A stretch of DNA of 64,000 nt, taken from Nevskia sp. (lineage in GTDB: Bacteria > Pseudomonadota > Gammaproteobacteria > Nevskiales > Nevskiaceae). The notes beneath the pieces are model-generated. The model was not told the origin of the DNA. It worked only from the letters and a program-made list of their open reading frames with translations, and searched no databases. This document shows, one piece after another, positions 20,286-29,631 of this stretch (position 1 is its first letter; every line of letters begins with the position of its first letter). A program made the position numbers and the translations under genes. The stretch spans positions 249 through 64,248 of the forward strand of contig NZ_JAHFRY010000005.1 in the NCBI RefSeq assembly GCF_023266035.1, read 5' to 3'.

Positions 20286-23120
20286 TCAGCTCGCCGCACT
20301 GCTCGCATGACCGGTCGCGACATGGGCGGCATCCCAGTTCGCGCCGATGCCCCAGTCGGCAACCAGCGGCACCGCCAACTGCGCGGCCTGGCACATCCGG
20401 GAAGCGATCGTCGGCCCCAGCTCGGAAAGTTGCGCGCGCGGCCCCTCGAACACCAGTTCGTCGTGCACCTGCAGGATCATCCGCAGGTCCGGCGCGTGGG
20501 CCGGCAGCCAGGCCGCGACATCGATCATTGCCCGCTTGATCAGATCGGCCGCGGTGCCCTGCAGCGGTGCGTTGATCGCGGTGCGCTCGGCGTACTGGCG
20601 CTGCGCGGCGTTGCGGCTCTGGATTTCCGGCAGATACAGACGACGTCCGAACATGGTTTCGACGTAGCCGAGTTCGTGGGCCTGTGCCTTGGTCGTCTCC
20701 ATGAAGCGCTTGACGCCCGGATAGCGGGCAAAGAAGCGGTCGATGTAGTCCTGCGCGTCGCCGCGGCCGATGCCGAGCTGCTTGGCCAGGCCGAAGGCCG
20801 AGATGCCATAGATCAGCCCGAAGTTGATCGCTTTCGCCGAGCGCCGCGATTCGGCGCTGACCTGATCGAGCGGCTGGCCGAACACTTCGGCGGCAGTCGC
20901 CTGATGAATGTCGATGCCGCGCCGGAACGCGTCCTGCAGGCGCTCGTCGCCGGAGAAATGCGCCATCAGCCTCAGTTCGATCTGCGAATAGTCGATCGAC
21001 AGCAGCGCGTTGCCGTCCTCGGCGATGAACGCCTGGCGGATACGCCGACCATCGGCAGTACGCACCGGAATGTTCTGCAGGTTGGGATCGTTCGACGACA
21101 GCCGCCCGGTCTGCGCTACCGCCTGGTGGTAAGACGTATGAATGCGCCCGGTCTGTGGATTGACCTGTTTCGGCAGATTGTCGGCGTAGGTCGATTTCAG
21201 TTTGGCCAGGCCGCGCCAGTCGAGGATCAGGCGCGGCAGCGGATGCTCGCTGCTCAGTTCCTCGAGCACGTTCTCGGCCGTCGACGGATCGCCCTTCGGC
21301 GTCTTGCTGACCACCCGCAGCTTCAGCTGATCGAACAGGATGATCTGCAGCTGCTTCGGCGAGCCGAGGTTGAACTCGCCGCCCGCGGCCTTGAACACCT
21401 CCAGTTGCAGCTCGTCCATGCGCCGCGCCAGTTCGCCGCTGATCTTGACCAGCAGCGGCGCATCGACCTTCACGCCAGCAAATTCCATTGCCGCCAGCAC
21501 CGGCACCAGCGGCATCTCGATGCTGTCGAACACCGACTTCAGCGACGCTTCCGCCGCGATCTTCGGATACAGCGTCTGATGCAGGCGCAAGGTGATGTCG
21601 GCGTCCTCGGCCGAGTACTGCGTCGCTTCCTCGATCGCCACCTGGTTGAAGGTGATCTGGCTCTTGCCCTTGCCGGCCACCTCGCTGAAGGAAATGGTCT
21701 TGTGGCCGAGGTAGCGCTCGGCCAGCGTGTCCATGTCGTGGCGATTGCCGGCGGCATCGAGCACATAGCTTTCCAGCATGGTGTCGAAAGCCACGCCGCG
21801 CACATTGACGCCGTGGCGCGCCAGCACGTTCAGGTCGTACTTGATGTGCTGGCCGACCTTCGGCTTGTTCGGATCTTCAAGCAGCGGCTTGACGCGTTTC
21901 AACACGGCCGCGCGATCAAGCTGCTGCGGCGCGCCGAGATAGTCATGGGTCAGCGGTACATACCAGCCGTGGCCGGCTTCGGTCGCGAACGCGAGACCGA
22001 CCAGGCCGGATTGCATCGCGTCAAGCGCATCGGTTTCGGTATCGACGCAGATCAGCTCGGCGGCTTCGAGCTTGGCGATCATGTCGGCCAGCGCGTCTTC
22101 GTCGAGGACGGCGACGGCCTGGGTCTTGGCCGATGCCGGCAGTTCGACAACCTCCGAAACCGATTCCGGGCTGAACTCGGGAAGCACCGTCAGTTCAGTC
22201 TGCGAGCTGTCGCCCGCGGCTGCCGCGGGGACGGCCGCGGCAGATGCCGACGGCGGTAGATTGCCGAGTTCTTCCAGTGCTCGATGGAAGCCGGAATTGC
22301 GATAGATCGTCGCCAGCTTGTCGATGTCCGGCGCACCCGGCACCAGTTCCTCGAGCTTCAGCGGCAGCTCGACATCGCAGCGAATCGTTGCCAGATCGTG
22401 CGACATCGGAATCTGCGGGATCGCATCACGCAGCTTCTCGCCGACCTTGCCCTTGATCTCTTCGGCCCGGGCGATGATCGCGTCCAGCGAGCCGTACTCG
22501 GTCAGCCACTTCGCGGCGGTTTTCGGGCCGACACTCGGCACGCCCGGAATGTTGTCGCTGGTGTCGCCGATCAGTGCCAGGTAATCGACGATGCGTTCCG
22601 GCGGCACGCCGAACTTCTCGACCACGCCGGCCGGGTCCATCACCCGATTCTTCATGGTGTCGACCAGCTTCACGCGCTCGTTGACCAGCTGCGCCATGTC
22701 CTTGTCGCTGGTGACGATCAGCACCTCGTGGCCGGCGGCTTCGCCGATCCGGGTCAGCGTGCCGATCACGTCATCGGCTTCGACACCGGATACCGACAGC
22801 ACCGGCAGGCCCATCGCCTTGACCATCTCGACGATGATCGGCCACTGGTGCAGCAGGTCCGGCGGTGTCGCATCACGATTGGCCTTGTAGGCCGGATAGA
22901 TGTCCTCGCGAAAGGTTTTGCCCGGCGCGTCGAAGATCACCGCGATGCGCTCTGGCGCATAGTCCTTCTGCAGGCGCTTGAGCATGTTGACCATGCCGAA
23001 AATAGCCCCGGTCGGCTCGCCACGCGGGTTCGAAAGCGGCGGCAGCGCGTGATAGGCGCGAAACAGCCAGCCGGCAGCGTCGATCAGCACCAGGGGCTTG
23101 GCAGCAGGGTCTTTCGTCAT
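20286..23120 (-). CDS. polA: DNA polymerase I
   Basis: 944 aa. 5'-3' exonuclease N-terminus (LIDAAGWLFRAYHA), 3'-5' exonuclease domain (DTETDAL) and polymerase motifs (DYSQIELR, QVHDELVFE). Confidence 0.98.
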   Translation of the reverse strand: MTKDPAAKPLVLIDAAGWLFRAYHALPPLSNPRGEPTGAIFGMVNMLKRLQKDYAPERIAVIFDAPGKTFREDIYPAYKANRDATPPDLLHQWPIIVEMVKAMGLPVLSVSGVEADDVIGTLTRIGEAAGHEVLIVTSDKDMAQLVNERVKLVDTMKNRVMDPAGVVEKFGVPPERIVDYLALIGDTSDNIPGVPSVGPKTAAKWLTEYGSLDAIIARAEEIKGKVGEKLRDAIPQIPMSHDLATIRCDVELPLKLEELVPGAPDIDKLATIYRNSGFHRALEELGNLPPSASAAAVPAAAAGDSSQTELTVLPEFSPESVSEVVELPASAKTQAVAVLDEDALADMIAKLEAAELICVDTETDALDAMQSGLVGLAFATEAGHGWYVPLTHDYLGAPQQLDRAAVLKRVKPLLEDPNKPKVGQHIKYDLNVLARHGVNVRGVAFDTMLESYVLDAAGNRHDMDTLAERYLGHKTISFSEVAGKGKSQITFNQVAIEEATQYSAEDADITLRLHQTLYPKIAAEASLKSVFDSIEMPLVPVLAAMEFAGVKVDAPLLVKISGELARRMDELQLEVFKAAGGEFNLGSPKQLQIILFDQLKLRVVSKTPKGDPSTAENVLEELSSEHPLPRLILDWRGLAKLKSTYADNLPKQVNPQTGRIHTSYHQAVAQTGRLSSNDPNLQNIPVRTADGRRIRQAFIAEDGNALLSIDYSQIELRLMAHFSGDERLQDAFRRGIDIHQATAAEVFGQPLDQVSAESRRSAKAINFGLIYGISAFGLAKQLGIGRGDAQDYIDRFFARYPGVKRFMETTKAQAHELGYVETMFGRRLYLPEIQSRNAAQRQYAERTAINAPLQGTAADLIKRAMIDVAAWLPAHAPDLRMILQVHDELVFEGPRAQLSELGPTIASRMCQAAQLAVPLVADWGIGANWDAAHVATGHASSAAS

Positions 23121-23192
23121 CGCGACAGCCTCGGGTTCACGGCCGCAAAGCCTAACTCAGCGGCCCGATGAACCGGGCGACAACTCCGGCGA

Positions 23193-24440
23193 TCAGGGCA
23201 GCAGCGTCTCGTTCTGCACCAGATCGTCGAAGCTTTCCCGCGCGCGGACCAGGTGCAGGGTGTCACCATCGACCAGTACCTCGGCGGCGCGGCCGCGCGA
23301 GTTGTAGTTGCTGCTCATCGTGAAGCCGTAGGCGCCGGCGGTGCGGAAGACCAGCAGATCACCTTCGGCCAGTGCCAGTTGGCGATCGCGAGCCAGCCAG
23401 TCGCCGGTCTCGCAGACCGGGCCGACCAGATCCCAGGTCTTCGCGACGGTCGTGCTGTCCTGCGCGACCGGCAGCACTGCATGCCAGGCATCGTAGAAGC
23501 TGGGCCGGATCAGATCGTTCATCGCGGCATCGATGATCGCGAAGTTCTTGTGCGCACCCGGCTTCAGCAGCTCGACCCGGGTCAGCAGCACGCCGGCATT
23601 GCCGGCGATGGCGCGGCCCGGTTCGGTCATCACCACCAGCTTGCGGCCGGCGAGCTTCGGCTTGATCGCCGCGGCCCATTGCAGCGGCGTGGGCGGCACT
23701 TCATCGTCATAGCGCACGCCGAGGCCGCCGCCGACATCGATGTGATGCAGCACGATGCCGCGCTCGGCCAGCCGATCGATCAGCGCCAGCACCCGATCCA
23801 GGGCATCGAGGAACGGCGACAGCTCCAGCAGCTGCGAACCGATGTGACAGGCAACACCGTCGATGGCGATGCCGGGCAAGCTCGCGGCGAGCTGGTACAG
23901 GCGTTCGCCTTCGGCGATGTCGACGCCGAACTTGTTTTCCTTGAGCCCGGTCGAGATGTACGGATGGGTCTTGGCATCGACATCCGGATTGACCCGGAAG
24001 GCAATGCGCGCGGTCTTGCCCTGCTTCGTCGCCAGTGCCGACAGGCGATGCAGCTCGACTTCCGACTCGACGTTGAAGCAGTAGATGCCGACCTTCAGCG
24101 CCAGCTCGATCTCGGCCGCGGTCTTGCCGACGCCGGAGAACACCACTTTCGCCGGATCGCCACCGGCCTTGAGCACGCGCTGCAGTTCGCCGCCGGAAAC
24201 GATGTCGAAGCCGGCACCGAGCCGGGCCAGCACCTGCAGCACGGCGAGGTTGGAGTTCGCTTTCACCGCGTAGCAGACACGATGCTCGACGCCGTTCAGC
24301 GCCTCATCGAAGGCGCGGTAGTGGCGTTCCAGCGCGGCGCGGGAATAGACGTAGGTCGGCGTGCCATGAGCGGCGGCGATCGCCGACAGCGGCACGGCTT
24401 CGGCGCACAGCGCGCCGTCGCGGTATTCGAATGAGTCCAT
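23193..24440 (-). CDS. lysA: Diaminopimelate decarboxylase
   Basis: Start at ATG 24440 (MDSFEYRDGALCAE). YAVKANSN, CHIGSQL, EPGRAIAG and CETGDWL. The 616-aa ORF in the track is an upstream read-through of this frame. Confidence 0.95.
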   Translation of the reverse strand: MDSFEYRDGALCAEAVPLSAIAAAHGTPTYVYSRAALERHYRAFDEALNGVEHRVCYAVKANSNLAVLQVLARLGAGFDIVSGGELQRVLKAGGDPAKVVFSGVGKTAAEIELALKVGIYCFNVESEVELHRLSALATKQGKTARIAFRVNPDVDAKTHPYISTGLKENKFGVDIAEGERLYQLAASLPGIAIDGVACHIGSQLLELSPFLDALDRVLALIDRLAERGIVLHHIDVGGGLGVRYDDEVPPTPLQWAAAIKPKLAGRKLVVMTEPGRAIAGNAGVLLTRVELLKPGAHKNFAIIDAAMNDLIRPSFYDAWHAVLPVAQDSTTVAKTWDLVGPVCETGDWLARDRQLALAEGDLLVFRTAGAYGFTMSSNYNSRGRAAEVLVDGDTLHLVRARESFDDLVQNETLLP

Positions 24441-24451
24441 GGATGACGCGA

Positions 24452-24697
24452 TCAGGGTGTGGTCGAGGCGGGTGCTTCGGCTGGAGCGGCGGCAGGCGTT
24501 GCGGCGGCCGGGGGAGCGGCAGCGGGCTTGGCGTCGGCTTTCTTCTTGACGTTCGGATTGCTGCCGATCAGGTAGCCCTCGCCAGCCGGCGCATCGGCCG
24601 GCAGATGCAGCGGGCCGGTCTGGCCGCAGCCGGCCAGAACCTGGCTCAGGGCCAGCGTGGCAAGCAGCGAAACGGCGAGCAGCGCGCGAGCAGACAT
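24452..24697 (-). CDS. lptM: LptM (YifL/LppL)-like small lipoprotein
   Basis: 81 aa. Lipobox LAGCG followed by the QTGPLHLP motif and an Ala/Pro-rich tail. Ends 11 nt upstream of lysA, as in other gammaproteobacteria. Confidence 0.75.
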   Translation of the reverse strand: MSARALLAVSLLATLALSQVLAGCGQTGPLHLPADAPAGEGYLIGSNPNVKKKADAKPAAAPPAAATPAAAPAEAPASTTP

Positions 24698-24813
24698 CGA
24701 AGAACCCCGAATGATGCGATGGCAAAACAGCGGCCAAGAGTTTAGCAGCCGTTGCCGTGGCCCCTGCGCGCCGACACAATCGCGGCCGAACCGAAAACTT
24801 CAGGAACTCCCGC

Positions 24814-25488
24814 GTGAAAAAGACCGAAACCGAAGCCGCCGTCACGCTGGAACCGGCAGCGCCCGCCAACGCCGCGGTGATCTGGCTGCACGGCCTGGGT
24901 GCCGATGGCCATGACTTCGTGCCGATCGTCCCCGAGCTGAGCCTGCCGGCCGGCATCGAGGCCCGCTTCATCTTTCCGCATGCACCGATGCGCGCGGTCA
25001 CCCTCAACGGCGGTGCCCGGATGCGCGCCTGGTACGACATCAAGAGCCTGACCCGCAGCGATCAGCAGGACGATGCGGGCATCCGCGCCTCGGCAGCGAC
25101 CTTGATGGCGCTGATCGCGGAGCAGCGCAAGGCCGGCATCGCCGCGAAGCGCATCGTCATCGCCGGCTTTTCCCAAGGCGGCGCGATCGCGCTGCACGCC
25201 ACCTGCCGACTCGCCGAACCACTGGCCGGCACCATGGCGCTGTCGACTTATCTGCCCTTGCACGACACGCTGCCGAAAGAGCTGACCGAAGCCGGCAAGG
25301 CGACGCCGATCCTGATGTGCCACGGCACCGCCGATCCGGTGCTGGCGCTCACGCTCGGCACCGGCAGCCGCGACGGCCTGCGCGGCTGGGGCCTGAAGAT
25401 CGACTGGCGCGAATACCCGATGGGCCACTCGGTCTGCGCCGAGGAAGTCGACGACATCTCGACCTGGCTGGCCAAGGTGCTGGTGTAG
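24814..25488 (+). CDS. Carboxylesterase/phospholipase family alpha/beta hydrolase
   Basis: The GTG 24814 start follows AGGA. VIWLHGLGADGHDF, nucleophile GFSQGG, CHGTADPV and PMGHSV form the catalytic triad layout. Confidence 0.8.
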   Translation: MKKTETEAAVTLEPAAPANAAVIWLHGLGADGHDFVPIVPELSLPAGIEARFIFPHAPMRAVTLNGGARMRAWYDIKSLTRSDQQDDAGIRASAATLMALIAEQRKAGIAAKRIVIAGFSQGGAIALHATCRLAEPLAGTMALSTYLPLHDTLPKELTEAGKATPILMCHGTADPVLALTLGTGSRDGLRGWGLKIDWREYPMGHSVCAEEVDDISTWLAKVLV

Positions 25489-25602
25489 GGCGGGTGCAAG
25501 CTGCCGGGTTCGATGCCGGCTGAAAGATGGGCGACGCGGGTGAGCTGCACCGAAGTCGGCGGGATGCGCGGTGGCCGAGCAATTGCTCGGCGCTTTCCCG
25601 CC

Positions 25603-28600
25603 CTACGGCTTGGCAGGCTCCGGCTCGCGCTCCAGCACCGGTTTGGGCTTGACGGCATCCGGGCTGCGTTCCGGGTCCGGCGCCGGCCCGGCACTGGGCA
25701 CGGCATCGACACCGGGCCGCGGGTTGCTGGCTGGTTTCTGCAAGCCGCGTTCGGTGGTGTAGATGAGATCGCCGCCGCTGGCGGTGCCGCTTTCGGTCGA
25801 CAGCTTGAAACCGCGGCCGAGCGTGTACAGCATCCGGAACGTGTAGCCCTCCTGGAACAGGCTGATGCCGTAGCTGACGAACAGTTTCGGCGTCAGATAC
25901 TTGCCGAGGGTCAGCTGGGCAGCCTGGGCACTGGCATCGGCGCCGCTGGTGCTTTGCGAGCCGCTGATGCTCTGGGCGTTCGCGGCCACCTCGGAGTTGG
26001 TGCCGGTGGCGCTGCCGACCGACAGCTCGTCGAGCCCCACTTTCTTGCCGAGCAGGCCGGCCAGATAGTCGCCGCCGCCGAGGCCGAGACTGAGTGCGGC
26101 GCTCGACACCATGCTGCGATCCTGTGACGAACTGGTTTCCAGCGAACGGCCGAGCACCAGCCAGCTCAGCTGCTGTTCGCGCGGCAATGTCGGGCTCGAT
26201 TGCAGGCTCAGCTCCGGCTTGGCCAGCGTTCCGCGCACCCGCACGCCGACCTTGATGTCCTCGCGCGGCTGACGGGTGGCGTAGAGATCGACGGCCGGCG
26301 TCTTGACCGGCCCGCCGCTGAAGATCAGCCGCCCGGTCTCGATGCTCAGATCCTGGCCGTAAGCCTGATAGCGGCCATCGATCAGGCGCAGCTCGCCGCG
26401 GCCGAGCGCATCGAAGCCGGGCCGCTGGGACACGGTCACACCGCCTTCGATGCGCGTCTTCAGGCCGAAGCCCTCGATGCGCACCTTGTCGCCCAAGGTC
26501 AGGCGCAGTTCGACGAACACTGGCAGCGGCACTTCCTTCGGCGGCACCACGACGCCGACCAGAACCTGATCTTCGCTGGCATCGATACCGCTGTCGCCGC
26601 CCAGACCCTTCGGCGTGATGTCGGCACGCGGCACGCCGAGTTCGCCGGTCAGACGGGCGCCTTCGGCATTGCGGATCAGGCGCAGGTCAGCGTCGATCCA
26701 GGCACGCGCTTCGGCGGTGTTCATCGCCTGCACGTCCTTGCCCTTGATGGTGAAATCGGCGGACAGCGGCGTCGAGTACGGGTCCAGCGTGCCGGCGATA
26801 TTCAAGCTGCCGCCGCCTGAATTCAGGCTGCCCTCCAGCGCCAGCGGTGCCTGATTCCGTGCATGCAGTTGCAGCGCGATATCGGTGACGTCGATGCCGG
26901 CGATGACCAGCTTGGCGCGGCCGTCGCTGAGCTTCAGATCGCCTTCCAGGCGCGGTTCGCCAACCACGCCGGACAGGGCGAAATCGCCTGCCAGCCGACC
27001 GTCGAGCTTGTCGAGCTGCGGCAGCAGCGGTTCCAGGAACGCGAGGCTCGGCACCTCGAGGCGGATGCTGCCGCCGAGCGCGCGCGCCTTGAAGTCATCG
27101 CCCGGGGCGGCGTCGAGTTTCGCTTCCAGCGACGCGCCGGCCATCTTCAGATCCGCCGTCGCTTCGAGCCGACCCGCGATCTGGTGCGCCTGCACACTGC
27201 CGGTCTCCAGTTTCAGCAGCGGTGCGTCCGGCAGTTGCAGCGAGGCGTCTCGGAGATTCAACGCCGCCTCCGCCTTCTGCAGATTGCCGCTGGTGAAATC
27301 GATCGAACCGCTGCCGTCGATGCTGCCGCTGATGCGCATCTTCGGATCGAGGAACGGCTGCAGTGCTGCGAGCAGCAGACGATCGATGTTCCAGCCGACG
27401 CGGGCACCATCGGCCAGCACGTTCTGTTCGAGATTGAAGCAGGCGCGTCCGTCCGTGCCGGTCAGGCAGGCCAGTTCCAGCGCGCGCCGTTTCTCGCCGA
27501 CCAGGATGCCGGCCGGCTTGTCGAGCGCCCAGGCCGACAGACCATCTGGCGCCAGCGACAGCTGGTTCAATTCGCCGCCCCACTCGCCGCGCACGCGGTC
27601 ATAACCGCCCTGCAGACCGAGCTTGGCGCCGCCGCGCTCGGTTGCGGCTTCGAGCACCACGCCGTGATAGACCTCCTGTCCCGTGGCGGTCAGGCTGGCG
27701 CTGGCGATCTTCAGGCCGACATTGGCCTCGCGCAGCGTCACTTTCAGGTTCGAGGTGGGGATCAGCGGATCGAGGTCCGCCGTCCAGTTCAGGTGCTGCA
27801 CGGTCTGCTCGCCGAACACGATGTTGCCGAGCTCGCCTTTGGAGACCAGATGCGGCTGCTCGATGCTGCCGTCGAGGGCGAAATCGAACGCGGCGCGGCC
27901 GCGCAGCTCGGGCAGCAGCGCGGCCAGATCCGGGCTGTTGAAGCTGCCGCGCAGCGCGAACGGCGGCGTTGGCTGGCCGGACAGATTCAACTTGGTGCCG
28001 CCGGTTTCCAGCTGCACGGTGTCGAGCGTGACCAGCGTATTTTCCGGAGCAATCAGCGCGCTGCCGACGGCGGCGAGCTTCAGCGGATACTTGCGCAGGC
28101 GGGACTGATCGATCAGCGCGTCGAAGCGCAGCGGCGCTGCGCTGGCATCGTCGGTGGCGATCAGCACCTTGCCGTTGATGTCGCCCGGCCAGTCGGGTGC
28201 GATCAGGCCGGGATCGAGATGGCTGATCAGCGCCTGGAAGTTCAGCTTCAGTTCCGGTGCCCAGCGGACCTTGCCGCTGGCTTCGACCTTGCCCTTGCCA
28301 GCGACCAGCTTCAGCGCTTCGAGCTGGGCTTCACGGGTATCGGTGAGCCCGTTGGCATCGAGGCTGAACGGCTGGCCGCGCAGCGAGGAATTCTCGAAGC
28401 GGCCATCGAAAGCGATCTGCGGTTCCTCGCCGATCATCTTGGTGGTGGTGGTGATCCGGCCGTTCAGATCACCCGGAAAATCGGCGACGAACCACGAGGG
28501 ATCGACATGCTCGAAGCGGGCGACGATCTCCGCCGACAGCGCCGGCGACCAGCGCACTTCGCCGCTGGCCTTGATCGAACCGGGTTGCGGCGCGGCCTTG

Positions 28601-29631
28601 CGCTTGTTGTCTTTCGCCGCGAGTGCCACCGGCAGGGCGTCGAGCGTCAGCGAGTCGATCTTGGCGCTGACCAGGCTGCCGCTGCCGCCAGTGGCGAGCT
28701 TCGCCGAGAACGCCTGCATCGTCGCGCTGGTCGCCAGGGTGTAGCGGTAGTCGTCGAGGCTGCCGTCGAAAGTCGCGGCGCCGATCAGGTCGCTGACCAT
28801 CGGAGGCTGCTGGTCTTCGAGCACCAGCGGCCAGTGCAGGCCGGTCCACTCCAGCTTCAGCGCGCTGGCCACCGCGTTCAGGCCATAACGGCCCTTGGCG
28901 TGCAGGCGGTAGCCGTCCGCCGCCGGATCGTCGCCGGTCACGGTGAGCTGCTGGAAATCGATCTGCTCGGCGCCCATCTGCGCTTCGGCCTTCGCCTGCA
29001 GCGGGCCGGTGATCGGCAGGCCGCTGGTCGTAAGCGTGGTGATGCTGAGCTGGCTGCCGAGCCAGCTGGCGATCAGACGGGTGCTGTCGATCACCATGAC
29101 GTCAGGGCTGCCGGCTGGCGCATCGGCCGAGGCGTGCAGCACGAAGCCGGTCAGGCTCGCGCTGTCGATGACCACATCGACCGGCAACTGTGCCGGGAGC
29201 CGGGTCGGCGTCGGCGCTGGTACCGGCTCGGCCGGCCGGCCTGGCGTCACCGCCAGCGCGTCGATCTCGATCAGCTCCGCATGCAGACGGCCGCGCAGCA
29301 GGCTGCCCGGCTGGTGGCGCAGTTTCAGCCGGCCGATGGTGACCAGCAGGCCGCTGCTGCTCGTGTAGCGGAAGTCATGCAGCTCGACGTTGTCGAGCAG
29401 CCGGCCATTGGCGCGGCCGACGGTGATCATGCCGCCGCTCAGGCTGCTGAGCTGCGCCAGGCCGAAACGCAGGCCGCGTTCGCTGCCGATGACGAAGATC
29501 AGCGCGGCGATCAGCAGCAGCACCGGCACGCTCAGCGCGGCGAACAGCCAGCGCCCCCAGCGCACAGGTGAGCGCGATGGCGGCCGCGGCGGCGGGCTTT
29601 CCATGGCGCTGTCTGGCGTGGTCGTGCTCAC
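25603..29631 (-). CDS. tamB: Translocation and assembly module subunit TamB
   Basis: 1342 aa. N-terminal membrane anchor, long beta-rich repeats and the C-terminal DUF490 signature LGKYLTPKLFVSYGISLFQEGYTFRMLYTL. Overlaps the tamA stop by 4 nt. Confidence 0.9.
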   Translation of the reverse strand: MSTTTPDSAMESPPPRPPSRSPVRWGRWLFAALSVPVLLLIAALIFVIGSERGLRFGLAQLSSLSGGMITVGRANGRLLDNVELHDFRYTSSSGLLVTIGRLKLRHQPGSLLRGRLHAELIEIDALAVTPGRPAEPVPAPTPTRLPAQLPVDVVIDSASLTGFVLHASADAPAGSPDVMVIDSTRLIASWLGSQLSITTLTTSGLPITGPLQAKAEAQMGAEQIDFQQLTVTGDDPAADGYRLHAKGRYGLNAVASALKLEWTGLHWPLVLEDQQPPMVSDLIGAATFDGSLDDYRYTLATSATMQAFSAKLATGGSGSLVSAKIDSLTLDALPVALAAKDNKRKAAPQPGSIKASGEVRWSPALSAEIVARFEHVDPSWFVADFPGDLNGRITTTTKMIGEEPQIAFDGRFENSSLRGQPFSLDANGLTDTREAQLEALKLVAGKGKVEASGKVRWAPELKLNFQALISHLDPGLIAPDWPGDINGKVLIATDDASAAPLRFDALIDQSRLRKYPLKLAAVGSALIAPENTLVTLDTVQLETGGTKLNLSGQPTPPFALRGSFNSPDLAALLPELRGRAAFDFALDGSIEQPHLVSKGELGNIVFGEQTVQHLNWTADLDPLIPTSNLKVTLREANVGLKIASASLTATGQEVYHGVVLEAATERGGAKLGLQGGYDRVRGEWGGELNQLSLAPDGLSAWALDKPAGILVGEKRRALELACLTGTDGRACFNLEQNVLADGARVGWNIDRLLLAALQPFLDPKMRISGSIDGSGSIDFTSGNLQKAEAALNLRDASLQLPDAPLLKLETGSVQAHQIAGRLEATADLKMAGASLEAKLDAAPGDDFKARALGGSIRLEVPSLAFLEPLLPQLDKLDGRLAGDFALSGVVGEPRLEGDLKLSDGRAKLVIAGIDVTDIALQLHARNQAPLALEGSLNSGGGSLNIAGTLDPYSTPLSADFTIKGKDVQAMNTAEARAWIDADLRLIRNAEGARLTGELGVPRADITPKGLGGDSGIDASEDQVLVGVVVPPKEVPLPVFVELRLTLGDKVRIEGFGLKTRIEGGVTVSQRPGFDALGRGELRLIDGRYQAYGQDLSIETGRLIFSGGPVKTPAVDLYATRQPREDIKVGVRVRGTLAKPELSLQSSPTLPREQQLSWLVLGRSLETSSSQDRSMVSSAALSLGLGGGDYLAGLLGKKVGLDELSVGSATGTNSEVAANAQSISGSQSTSGADASAQAAQLTLGKYLTPKLFVSYGISLFQEGYTFRMLYTLGRGFKLSTESGTASGGDLIYTTERGLQKPASNPRPGVDAVPSAGPAPDPERSPDAVKPKPVLEREPEPAKP